NCBI GenBank assembly: GCA_944372465.1
Contig: CALVZG010000010.1
Span: forward strand, 42,411-106,410
Length of the DNA stretch: 64,000 bases
Reading direction: 5' to 3'
Origin: an uncultured Clostridia bacterium
Lineage (GTDB): Bacteria > Bacillota > Clostridia > Christensenellales > UBA1242
This document shows positions 1-7,996 of the stretch, one piece after another. Within the stretch, counting starts at the first letter, position 1; every line of letters begins with the position of its first letter. The notes below the pieces were generated by a model that saw only the letters and a program-made list of their open reading frames with translations, did not search any database and had not been told where the DNA came from. The position numbers and the translations under genes are program-made.

Positions 1-374
1 CCATTATAATTATCGTAAATAAAATTTTTATAAAAATCTAGTATTGAAAATCCTGAAAATTCAATATAATTATTAGGGTTATAATCTTTAGTAATAACAC
101 CTTCAAAATCTTCTTCATTTGTATGATTGGTTGCCAATTCATAATATGCGCATGGGACATTTATGCTCTTGCATATTTCATAAAAAACTACTTCACCAAT
201 ATCTTCATATGTTCTAATTTTATTTTTATCATCAATATTTGTTTTTTTAAATAGCCATTTTTCTGATGTGTTTTCATTAAAATAGAACCAGAATTTATCT
301 CTTGATCCTCTTAAATCTCTTGTGAAAATTTTTATATTGTTTTTGTCAGTAGTGTCTATTATTCGCCTTTTCAT
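1..374 (-). CDS. Hypothetical protein, N-terminal 124 aa only (runs off the window); HipA C-terminal kinase-like resemblance
   Basis: Absent from the ORF track because no stop lies in the window. Manual reverse translation from ATG 374-372 gives MKRRIIDTTDKNNIKIFTRDLRGSRDKFWFYFNENTSEKWLFKK...GEVVFYEICKSINVPCAYYEL...GVITKDY with no stops down to position 1. A GAGAGGA SD lies just upstream. The pattern G-S-x-x-K / hydrophobic-KK / E..i.k.l.v resembles the start of HipA_C domains. Confidence 0.4.
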   Translation of the reverse strand, partial: MKRRIIDTTDKNNIKIFTRDLRGSRDKFWFYFNENTSEKWLFKKTNIDDKNKIRTYEDIGEVVFYEICKSINVPCAYYELATNHTNEEDFEGVITKDYNPNNYIEFSGFSILDFYKNFIYDNYN

Positions 375-534
375 TTTTCCTCTCAACATTAATATAGTAA
401 TATTATAAAATATTTATATATTGTTGTCAATGATTGTAAAAAGATAAAATAATTATATTAATTAAATAATCTTTTGTTGATAAATCATTTGGAAATTTTA
501 ATAATTTATAGTAAAATTATTTTAGGAGTGTATT

Positions 535-1101
535 ATGAATGAAATGGTAGAAGAAATTAAATTTTCTTGTCAAGAAGAAATAGAAAAAGCTCTTAACCAT
601 CAATTAAATGAATATTTAGTAATAAGAGCTGGGCGAGCAAATCCTCATATACTTGATAAAGTATTTATAGATTATTATGGAGTTCCAACTCCAATAAAAA
701 ATATGGCAAGCATTACAGTCCCTGAAGCAAGGATATTAGCAATTTCTGTATGGGATCAATCTCAAGTAAAAAATGTGGTAAAAGCAATTTCTGCGGCAGA
801 TTTAGGAGTTACGCCTAATGAAGATGGTAAAATAATAAGGCTTATTTTCCCAATGCTTACAGAAGAAAGACGCAAGGATTTAGTTAAATCTATTAAAAAA
901 ATTGCAGAAGAAACCAAAATAGCAGTTAGAAATGCTAGAAGAGATGCTTTAGATATGATAAAAGGTTTAGAGAAAAATAGCGAGATATCAGAAGATGAGC
1001 GTGATGTATATGAACAAGACATACAAAAGCTTGTAGACCAAGCCTGTGATAAAATTGATGAGAATTATAAAGTCAAAGAAAAAGAAATTATGGAAGTTTA
1101 A
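535..1101 (+). CDS. frr: Ribosome recycling factor
   Basis: 188 aa, full-length RRF-like sequence (ANPHILDKV..YG..TP.., LTEERRKDLVK). AGGAG SD upstream. Confidence 0.95.
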   Translation: MNEMVEEIKFSCQEEIEKALNHQLNEYLVIRAGRANPHILDKVFIDYYGVPTPIKNMASITVPEARILAISVWDQSQVKNVVKAISAADLGVTPNEDGKIIRLIFPMLTEERRKDLVKSIKKIAEETKIAVRNARRDALDMIKGLEKNSEISEDERDVYEQDIQKLVDQACDKIDENYKVKEKEIMEV

Positions 1102-1167
1102 TTACATTTTTGGTACATGAATTCCATTAATTTTCGTATAATGTAATTAAAAGGAATTTATATAAGT

Positions 1168-1866
1168 ATGACAATAAAAATAAAAAAAGTACCAACTCAT
1201 ATCGCAATTATCATGGACGGGAACGGCAGATGGGCAACAAAAAGAGGGCTTCCAAGAAATTTAGGGCATAAAGAAGGAGTAAATGCTATTGAAAGGACTA
1301 TTTTGGCGTGTCTTAAATATGGTATTAAATATTGCACTTTTTTTGCTTTTTCAACAGAGAATTGGAAAAGAAGTAAGGAAGAAATTGAAGGCATTTTCAA
1401 TTTATTGAGAGAATATATAAAAAAAGATGATAATTCTTTTATTAAAAATAAAATAAAGTTGACACATATAGGTGTTATAGAACCTTTTCCAGAAGATTTA
1501 AAGAAAGAACTTTTGCAATTAGAAAAGCAGACCAAAGATTTTGATAAATTAATTGTAAATCTTGCAATTAATTATGGTGGTCGTGATGATATAACGCGTG
1601 CAGTCAATAGTTTAATAAATAAAGGTTATAAAATAATAACAGAAAAAGATATTTTAAATGAATTAGATACAAAAACTATGCCAGAGCCAGATTTTGTAAT
1701 AAGAACAAGTGGAGAAATGCGTTTATCCAACTTTCTTTTATATCAAATGGCTTATAGTGAGTTATATTTTCCTAAAGTATATTGGCCTGATTTTAACGAG
1801 AAATATTTTTTAAAAGCACTTAAAATATACGAAAAAAGGAATAGAAGATTTGGAGGTGTTAATTGA
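1168..1866 (+). CDS. uppS: Undecaprenyl-diphosphate synthase
   Basis: HIAIIMDGNGRWA and IRTSGEMRLSNFLLYQ motifs. Canonical position after frr. Confidence 0.95.
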   Translation: MTIKIKKVPTHIAIIMDGNGRWATKRGLPRNLGHKEGVNAIERTILACLKYGIKYCTFFAFSTENWKRSKEEIEGIFNLLREYIKKDDNSFIKNKIKLTHIGVIEPFPEDLKKELLQLEKQTKDFDKLIVNLAINYGGRDDITRAVNSLINKGYKIITEKDILNELDTKTMPEPDFVIRTSGEMRLSNFLLYQMAYSELYFPKVYWPDFNEKYFLKALKIYEKRNRRFGGVN

Positions 1867-2831
1867 AAACAAGATTACTTACATCAATAGGAATAATTTT
1901 AGTTTTAGCAATAGCATTTATTTTAAAATTATTTGTTAGTAATTATTTTTTTGATGCATTAATATTATTGATTGCATGTTTTGCAACTTATGAGGCGTCA
2001 AAAATTTTTACGAAAATGGGTAAATATAATAATATATTAATAGCAACTATATTCCCTGCAGTTTTAATGCTGGCTTTATTGTTATGTGTTGCTTATGACT
2101 CATCAATAGGAATAATTTATACATTGGTAATTGCAGTAGCTGTAATAGTATTATTTTTTGGAATTACTTTCTTATTACCTATTTTAAAATATAAGTCTAC
2201 TAAATTAGAAATGAAAACAAGGGGAATGGACAAGCAATCAGTTGTAAAATATTCTGTTATAAAAGCATTAAACACAAGTGTTGTTTTTATTTATCCTGCA
2301 TTTTTATTATTATTTTTAACATTAATTAACCATTTTGAAGATTTATCAACATCTTTCTCAAACTTAAATGACTGCGGTGGTTGGATTTCTTTCTTTGTTT
2401 TATTATTTGCATTTTTAATACCAATTTTTACAGATACATTTGCTTATTTAATGGGAAGTTTGTTTGGAGGGAAAAAATTAGCACCAAAAATAAGTCCTAA
2501 CAAAACTATATCAGGGGCTATAGGTGGTTTGTTGTGGTGTGTAATCTTAACTATCGCAATATTCTTTATTTTTGATTCAGTTCCTTCATTAAGTTCAATT
2601 TTAAATAGTGCTGGTATAACAGTTTGGAAATTAGTTATTATTTCTTTGATAGGTTCTATAATAGGGCAATTTGGTGATTTATTTGAAAGTTATTTAAAAC
2701 GCAGTGCTAAAGTTAAAGATTCGGGAAATCTTTTGCCAGGACATGGAGGAATGTTAGATAGATTTGACTCTTATATATTTATGGCACCTTATTTATTTTT
2801 AGCATTTAGTATATTATTTTTAGTTTTATAA
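1863..2831 (+). CDS. cdsA: Phosphatidate cytidylyltransferase (CDP-diglyceride synthase)
   Basis: Polytopic membrane protein ending in SYLKRSAKVKDSGNLLPGHGGMLDRFDS, the CdsA signature. TTG start overlaps the uppS stop by 4 nt. Confidence 0.9.
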   Translation: MKTRLLTSIGIILVLAIAFILKLFVSNYFFDALILLIACFATYEASKIFTKMGKYNNILIATIFPAVLMLALLLCVAYDSSIGIIYTLVIAVAVIVLFFGITFLLPILKYKSTKLEMKTRGMDKQSVVKYSVIKALNTSVVFIYPAFLLLFLTLINHFEDLSTSFSNLNDCGGWISFFVLLFAFLIPIFTDTFAYLMGSLFGGKKLAPKISPNKTISGAIGGLLWCVILTIAIFFIFDSVPSLSSILNSAGITVWKLVIISLIGSIIGQFGDLFESYLKRSAKVKDSGNLLPGHGGMLDRFDSYIFMAPYLFLAFSILFLVL

Positions 2832-2872
2832 TAAATTAAAAAAAATAAAATATAATAAATTTGAGAGGTTAA

Positions 2873-4057
2873 ATGATTTTATTATATATTGTTTTGGCTA
2901 TTGCTATACTTTTATTTATGGTTTTAATACATGAATTTGGACATTATGTAGTAGGCAGAATGTTAAATTTTAAAATAACCGAATTTTCTATTGGCTTTGG
3001 AAAAGCCATCTTTTCTCGTAAAAATAAACGGGGAGAAATAATTTCATTAAGAATTTTTCCTTTAGGAGGTTATTGTGCTTTTGCTGGAGAAGATGAAACA
3101 AATGTTGAGAAAAAAGATGCTTTTACAAATCAAAAACCATGGAAAAGGATTTTAGTTTTTTTAGCTGGTGTAACATTTAATTTTGCTGCTGCAGTAATTT
3201 TCTCTCTTATATTACTTTGTACAGTAGGTTATGATATTCCACAAGTTTCTAGTTTAATGAAAATTGATAGTTCTACTATTGAAAATATGGTTGAAGGAAG
3301 TGTTATTACTAATCTTGAAAATATTCCAGAAGAAGAAAGATTACAAGAAAATGATATTATTATTTCTATTAATGGTGAAAAAATAGATTTCGCATATGGC
3401 TCAAATTACAATGATTTAATAAACGAAGAAATAGACAAATTAAATAATTATTTAGTTACTATAAGGGAAAATGGAGAAAATGAAGTAGAAGCATTTAAAA
3501 ATTATTCTACATTTCCAGCAGTTGTAAAGAGAAATGGTGAATATGTAAATGTTCAATTAGGATTTTATCAAGTTCAAGTAGAGAGTAAAACGACTAATAA
3601 AGAAGGGGAAGAAGAAACAAATTTAGTATATAGTTATTATTGGAATATCAATGTTCAAGCATATGTTCACACATTTGGGGAGGCTCTTGAAAGAGCAGTT
3701 CCTTTTGCTTTTGGACTTGCATGGATAGTATTAAAATCTCTATGGTTACTAATTACTTTTCAACTTCCATTATCATCTATAGGAGGACCAGTTACAACTA
3801 TAGCAACAATTGCTTCTTATACTCAAACAAATTTATCTAATATTTTAATTTTAATACCTTTAATTTCGGCAAATCTAGCAATATTTAATGCTCTGCCAAT
3901 TCCTGCACTCGATGGCTCACATGTATTATTTACAACAATTGAAGCAATCAGGAAAAAGCCTATAAAAAGAGAAACTGAAAATTTAATCCATACTATAGGT
4001 CTATTTGTACTATTTGGTTTTGTAATTTTAGTTGACATATTACATTTTCTATTATAA
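2873..4057 (+). CDS. rseP: Site-2 (RIP) zinc metalloprotease RseP/RasP
   Basis: HEFGH motif in TM1, a central PDZ-like segment, and a C-terminal NLAIFNALPIPALDG motif. Synteny after cdsA. Confidence 0.9.
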   Translation: MILLYIVLAIAILLFMVLIHEFGHYVVGRMLNFKITEFSIGFGKAIFSRKNKRGEIISLRIFPLGGYCAFAGEDETNVEKKDAFTNQKPWKRILVFLAGVTFNFAAAVIFSLILLCTVGYDIPQVSSLMKIDSSTIENMVEGSVITNLENIPEEERLQENDIIISINGEKIDFAYGSNYNDLINEEIDKLNNYLVTIRENGENEVEAFKNYSTFPAVVKRNGEYVNVQLGFYQVQVESKTTNKEGEEETNLVYSYYWNINVQAYVHTFGEALERAVPFAFGLAWIVLKSLWLLITFQLPLSSIGGPVTTIATIASYTQTNLSNILILIPLISANLAIFNALPIPALDGSHVLFTTIEAIRKKPIKRETENLIHTIGLFVLFGFVILVDILHFLL

Positions 4058-4067
4058 AATATTTAAT

Positions 4068-5633
4068 ATGATAGATATTATTGAAGAAATAAATAAAAAA
4101 TTTAATAACAAATTTAACTATTTAAAAGTTTTAAATATTGTGTACGACTATAGTCAAAAAGCGTGCACAATAACTTTTTTATATCCGTACAAAATAATAG
4201 AAATATCAGATACAGATAAAACTTTAATAAATGATTATTTAAAAAAAATAATAGATATAAAAGGGGAGTTAAAAATAAAATATAAACGCAGTTTTCTTGA
4301 CTCTAAATTAATAATTGATGATGTTGTAGAGTTTTTTAAATTAAATATGAAAAGTCTTATGCCTTATATTTCTAGGGATAATATTACTTCAACGCACATA
4401 GAAGAAAATGTTAATATAGATATAACACTAAATCAAGACGTACTAGCGCTTATAAATGATTTAGAACTTCGTACTAAACTAAAAGAATTTTTAAGCAGAT
4501 TATACATAGCAAATTTCACCATAAATATTTTAGAAAATGAAGAAAATTTGCCTGAAGAAATTAATGTTGATGATTTATTGCCAACACAAACAAAAGCTAG
4601 ACGATATCAAGTAAATTTAATTAAAAAAATAATTGGTGGGGATATAATTCCAAAGCCTGAATTTATTAAAGATAATAATAGACCTAAAATGTCCGTTATC
4701 TTTGCTGGTATAATTACTAAAAAAACTCAAAAAAAATATACCATAAAAAAAGGCAAACGAGCAGGTGAAGAAAAAACATTATATAACTTTAACCTTAAAG
4801 ATATTGAAGGAAATATTGATTGTGTATATTTTTGTTCAAAAACTCATGAAAAGGATATGGAAGCATTAGAAGAAAATACTATGATTTTGTGTGTTGGGGA
4901 CTTAAAGATGGGAATTAATGGAAAATTAAATTATTATATAAAAAAATTATCACTAGCAAGTCCTTATATAGAAAATATAGAAGAAATAAAAAAAATTAGC
5001 GTAGAAGATATAATAAAAAATCATAAACAGGTTGTTTTTCCAGATATTTTATCAAGAAATACTCAATCTTTTCTATTTGACCAAAAAGTTGAATATAATG
5101 ATTTTATTTTAAAAAATAATATTATAGTTTTTGATATTGAAACTACTGGACTTGACCCAGATACATGTGAAATTACAGAAATAGGAGCTGTTAAGATTGA
5201 CCATGGAGAAATAACAGAAAGATTTTCAAGTTTTGCAAAGCCTAAATATCCTATTCCTATTGAAGTCCAACAGCTTACTAATATTACAAATGAAATGGTT
5301 GAAAAAGCACCTAAAATTGAAGATGTTATCATTGATTTTTATAATTGGACTAGAGGTTGTGTTATTAGTGGATATAATATTGTTGGTTTTGATTTAAAAT
5401 TTGTAAAAAAAATAACAAATAGACTTGGATTGCCATTTGATAATACAGTTATTGATGCATATATTGTTGCAAAGCAAGCAAATATTTATCCAAGTAACTA
5501 TAAACTAGCGACTGTAGTAAAATGTTTGGGGTTAAAACTAGAAGGAGCACACAGAGCTTTTAATGATGCTTATGCAACAGCGCAAGTTTTAATGGAATTA
5601 AATAAAAAGAAAACAAAATCGGAAAGTAATTAA
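4068..5633 (+). CDS. PolC-like N-terminal/OB-fold + DEDDh 3'-5' exonuclease protein (no polymerase core)
   Basis: Exo motifs VFDIETTGL, GYNIVGFDLKF and HRAFNDAYAT are present. An OB-like segment (MSVIFAGIITKK...LCVGDLKMG) precedes them. The gene occupies the polC position between rseP and rimP. Start moved to ATG 4068 (MIDIIEEINKK) because the track start overlaps the rseP end. Confidence 0.6.
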   Translation: MIDIIEEINKKFNNKFNYLKVLNIVYDYSQKACTITFLYPYKIIEISDTDKTLINDYLKKIIDIKGELKIKYKRSFLDSKLIIDDVVEFFKLNMKSLMPYISRDNITSTHIEENVNIDITLNQDVLALINDLELRTKLKEFLSRLYIANFTINILENEENLPEEINVDDLLPTQTKARRYQVNLIKKIIGGDIIPKPEFIKDNNRPKMSVIFAGIITKKTQKKYTIKKGKRAGEEKTLYNFNLKDIEGNIDCVYFCSKTHEKDMEALEENTMILCVGDLKMGINGKLNYYIKKLSLASPYIENIEEIKKISVEDIIKNHKQVVFPDILSRNTQSFLFDQKVEYNDFILKNNIIVFDIETTGLDPDTCEITEIGAVKIDHGEITERFSSFAKPKYPIPIEVQQLTNITNEMVEKAPKIEDVIIDFYNWTRGCVISGYNIVGFDLKFVKKITNRLGLPFDNTVIDAYIVAKQANIYPSNYKLATVVKCLGLKLEGAHRAFNDAYATAQVLMELNKKKTKSESN

Positions 5634-5696
5634 TAAAAATATCAAATGAAAAATTAAGTATAAATAATTATTTTTACAGAAAAATTAAAAATATAC

Positions 5697-5725
5697 TTGA
5701 TTTATATAAAATAGTTTGTTATAAT
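5697..5725 (+). promoter_or_regulatory. Sigma-A-type promoter of the rimP-nusA-infB operon
   Basis: TTGATT (5697-5702), 17-bp spacer, extended -10 TGtTATAAT (5717-5725). Confidence 0.55.
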
Positions 5726-5743
5726 ATTAATGACTTGAAAGTG

Positions 5744-5768
5744 GGGAGCGAGCATTTTGCACGCTCCC
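5744..5768 (+). promoter_or_regulatory. GC-rich 5'-leader hairpin of the rimP operon
   Basis: GGGAGCG (5744-5750) pairs with CGCTCCC (5762-5768) around an 11-nt loop, about 11 nt after the predicted TSS. It stands out in AT-rich DNA and has no U-tract. Confidence 0.4.
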
Positions 5769-5794
5769 TGCTTCGTAAAATGGAGGAATTAAAT

Positions 5795-6256
5795 TTGGCA
5801 AGTAAAGTAAAAGCAATTTGTGAAGAAAAAGTTGTGCCTATAATTGAACAAATGGGTTATGATGTAGTAGAAGTAGAATATACAAAAAAATCTGATGGAA
5901 TGAATTTAACATTCTATATAGATAAAGAAGGAGGAATTCAAATTGAAGATTGTGAAAAAGTTTCAAAGGAAATTGACAATTATTTAGATGAATTAAATCC
6001 TACTGATGATAGTCCATATATTTTAAATGTAAGTTCTCCGGGACTAGATAGACCTTTAAAAAATGACAAAGATTTAAATCGAAATATCAATAAAGAAATT
6101 TCAATAACATTGTTTTCAAAAATTGATGGGAAAAAGAAATTTGAAGGTAAATTAATTGCATATAATGAAAAAGAAATTACAATTAAAACAAATGAAAAAG
6201 AATTAAAAATTGAAAGAGACAAAATAGCACATATTGTGCAAACAATAAAATTTTAA
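5795..6256 (+). CDS. rimP: Ribosome maturation factor RimP
   Basis: SSPGLDRPLK motif and RimP-like length. The track start (5735) lies inside the leader hairpin. GGAGGA (5782-5787) sits 7 nt before in-frame TTG 5795. ATG 5780 is the alternative start. Confidence 0.85.
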   Translation: MASKVKAICEEKVVPIIEQMGYDVVEVEYTKKSDGMNLTFYIDKEGGIQIEDCEKVSKEIDNYLDELNPTDDSPYILNVSSPGLDRPLKNDKDLNRNINKEISITLFSKIDGKKKFEGKLIAYNEKEITIKTNEKELKIERDKIAHIVQTIKF

Positions 6257-6268
6257 GGAGATATAAAA

Positions 6269-7453
6269 ATGATTAATAAAGATTTTTTTCAGGCATTAGA
6301 AGATTTAGAAGCAGAAAAGAAAATAGACAAAGAAACATTTATTTCAACTTTAGAAACAGCATTAACATCAGCTTATAAAAAAATGTATGGGCAAGCAAAA
6401 TTAGCAATGGTAAAATTAAATCCAGAAAAAGCAACAATAAAAATTTATTCATACAAAACTGTTGTAGATGAAGTGCAAGACGAAGATAAAGAAATTTCTT
6501 TAGCAGAAGCTAGATTAATAAAAAAATCATATAAAGTAGGAGATATTGTTCAGACTGAAGAATCTACAAAAGATTTTGGAAGAATAGCGGCACAAACAGC
6601 AAAACAAGTTGTTATGCAAAAATTAAAAGAACTTGAAAGACAAATGGCATTATCTGAATTGTCAGAAAAAGAAGATGAGCTTTTAACTACTATTGTAAAA
6701 AGAGTAGATAGTGCTACAGGAACAGTATATGTTCAAATATCTAATTCTCATACTGAAGGAGTAATGTTGCCGAATGACCAAATTCCAGGTGAGAAATATA
6801 ATGTTGGCGATAGAATAAAGGTATATGTTAAAAAGATAAAAGATTCATTTAAGGGTACTCAAATCCAAGTTACAAGAAGTAATATAGGTTTTGTTAGAAA
6901 AATATTTGAATTAGAAATACCTGAAATTTCATCAGGCGATATTATAATAAAAAACATTGCAAGAGATCCTGGTAATAGAACTAAAGTTGCAGTTTATACT
7001 GAAAAACCAAATATTGACCCAATAGGAACTTGTGTGGGTTTCCATGGACAAAGAATTGATACCATAACATCAGAACTTAATGGAGAAAAAATTGATTTAA
7101 TAGAATATAGCGAAGATCCACTTGAATATATTGCAAAGTCTTTAAGTCCTGCAAAAGTAATCAGTGTAGAAACTAATGAAAGTTTACATTCTTCAAGAGT
7201 TATAGTTCCTGATGATAAACTTTCACTTGCTATAGGTAAAAATGGTCAAAATGTAAGGTTAGCAGCAAGGCTGACAGGGTGGAAGATTGAAGTTAAGCCA
7301 GAAAGTTCAGTAAAATCAACTGAAATTAAAGAACCTGAATATGAACTTACAGAACTCAATGATGATGAGGCATTTGATGGTTTGAATGACCTTGAAGAAT
7401 TGGAAGAAATAACTCCACTTGATGAAGTTAATGATGACAAAACAGGTGAGTAA
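6269..7453 (+). CDS. nusA: Transcription termination/antitermination factor NusA
   Basis: N-terminal domain, S1 and two KH regions (LSLAIGKNGQNVRLAARLTGWKI), with an acidic tail. Synteny supports the call. Confidence 0.95.
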   Translation: MINKDFFQALEDLEAEKKIDKETFISTLETALTSAYKKMYGQAKLAMVKLNPEKATIKIYSYKTVVDEVQDEDKEISLAEARLIKKSYKVGDIVQTEESTKDFGRIAAQTAKQVVMQKLKELERQMALSELSEKEDELLTTIVKRVDSATGTVYVQISNSHTEGVMLPNDQIPGEKYNVGDRIKVYVKKIKDSFKGTQIQVTRSNIGFVRKIFELEIPEISSGDIIIKNIARDPGNRTKVAVYTEKPNIDPIGTCVGFHGQRIDTITSELNGEKIDLIEYSEDPLEYIAKSLSPAKVISVETNESLHSSRVIVPDDKLSLAIGKNGQNVRLAARLTGWKIEVKPESSVKSTEIKEPEYELTELNDDEAFDGLNDLEELEEITPLDEVNDDKTGE

Positions 7454-7710
7454 TGGAAAGATTAAGAATGTGTATATCATGTCGAAACATGAAAGATAAG
7501 AAAGAACTTGTTAGAATTGTTAAAGACAAAGATAGTAATATTTTTATTGATGAAACAGGTAAAAAAAATGGTAGAGGTGCATATATTTGCAAAAATGAAG
7601 ATTGTTTAAATAAATTACAAAAACAAAAACTCTTAAACAAAACATTTAAAACAAATGTTGATGAAAAAATATATAACGAGCTAAAGGAGGTTATCCTTGG
7701 ACGAAATTAA
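7453..7710 (+). CDS. ylxR: YlxR/RnpM family (DUF448) RNA-binding protein
   Basis: RMCISCRNMKDKKELVRIV...GRGAYIC motif. The start overlaps the nusA stop. Confidence 0.85.
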   Translation: MERLRMCISCRNMKDKKELVRIVKDKDSNIFIDETGKKNGRGAYICKNEDCLNKLQKQKLLNKTFKTNVDEKIYNELKEVILGRN

Positions 7711-7984
7711 ACTAAAAGGATACTTAAATATAGCAAAAAAAGCAGGATATGTTATTATAGGAGGGGAAACTTTAGCTAATTATACAAAAAAGTTATATTT
7801 AATAATATATGATTTAGTTGCGGGGAAAAATACTATTAAAATTATCGAAAATTTTAAAAATAAAAATATCAAAATAATAGGTATTGAAAATTTGGATAAA
7901 TTAATAAATATAAATAATTGTAAAATTATTGGAATAAAAAATAAAAATTTAAGTGAAATAATTTATAATTTAATAAAAATTTAA
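7697..7984 (+). CDS. ylxQ: L7Ae-family RNA-binding protein YlxQ
   Basis: About 95 aa. LNIAKKAGYVIIGGE resembles the YlxQ N-terminus. AGGAGG SD precedes the TTG start. Canonical position before infB. Confidence 0.75.
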   Translation: MDEIKLKGYLNIAKKAGYVIIGGETLANYTKKLYLIIYDLVAGKNTIKIIENFKNKNIKIIGIENLDKLININNCKIIGIKNKNLSEIIYNLIKI

Positions 7985-7996
7985 AAGGAGTCAATA

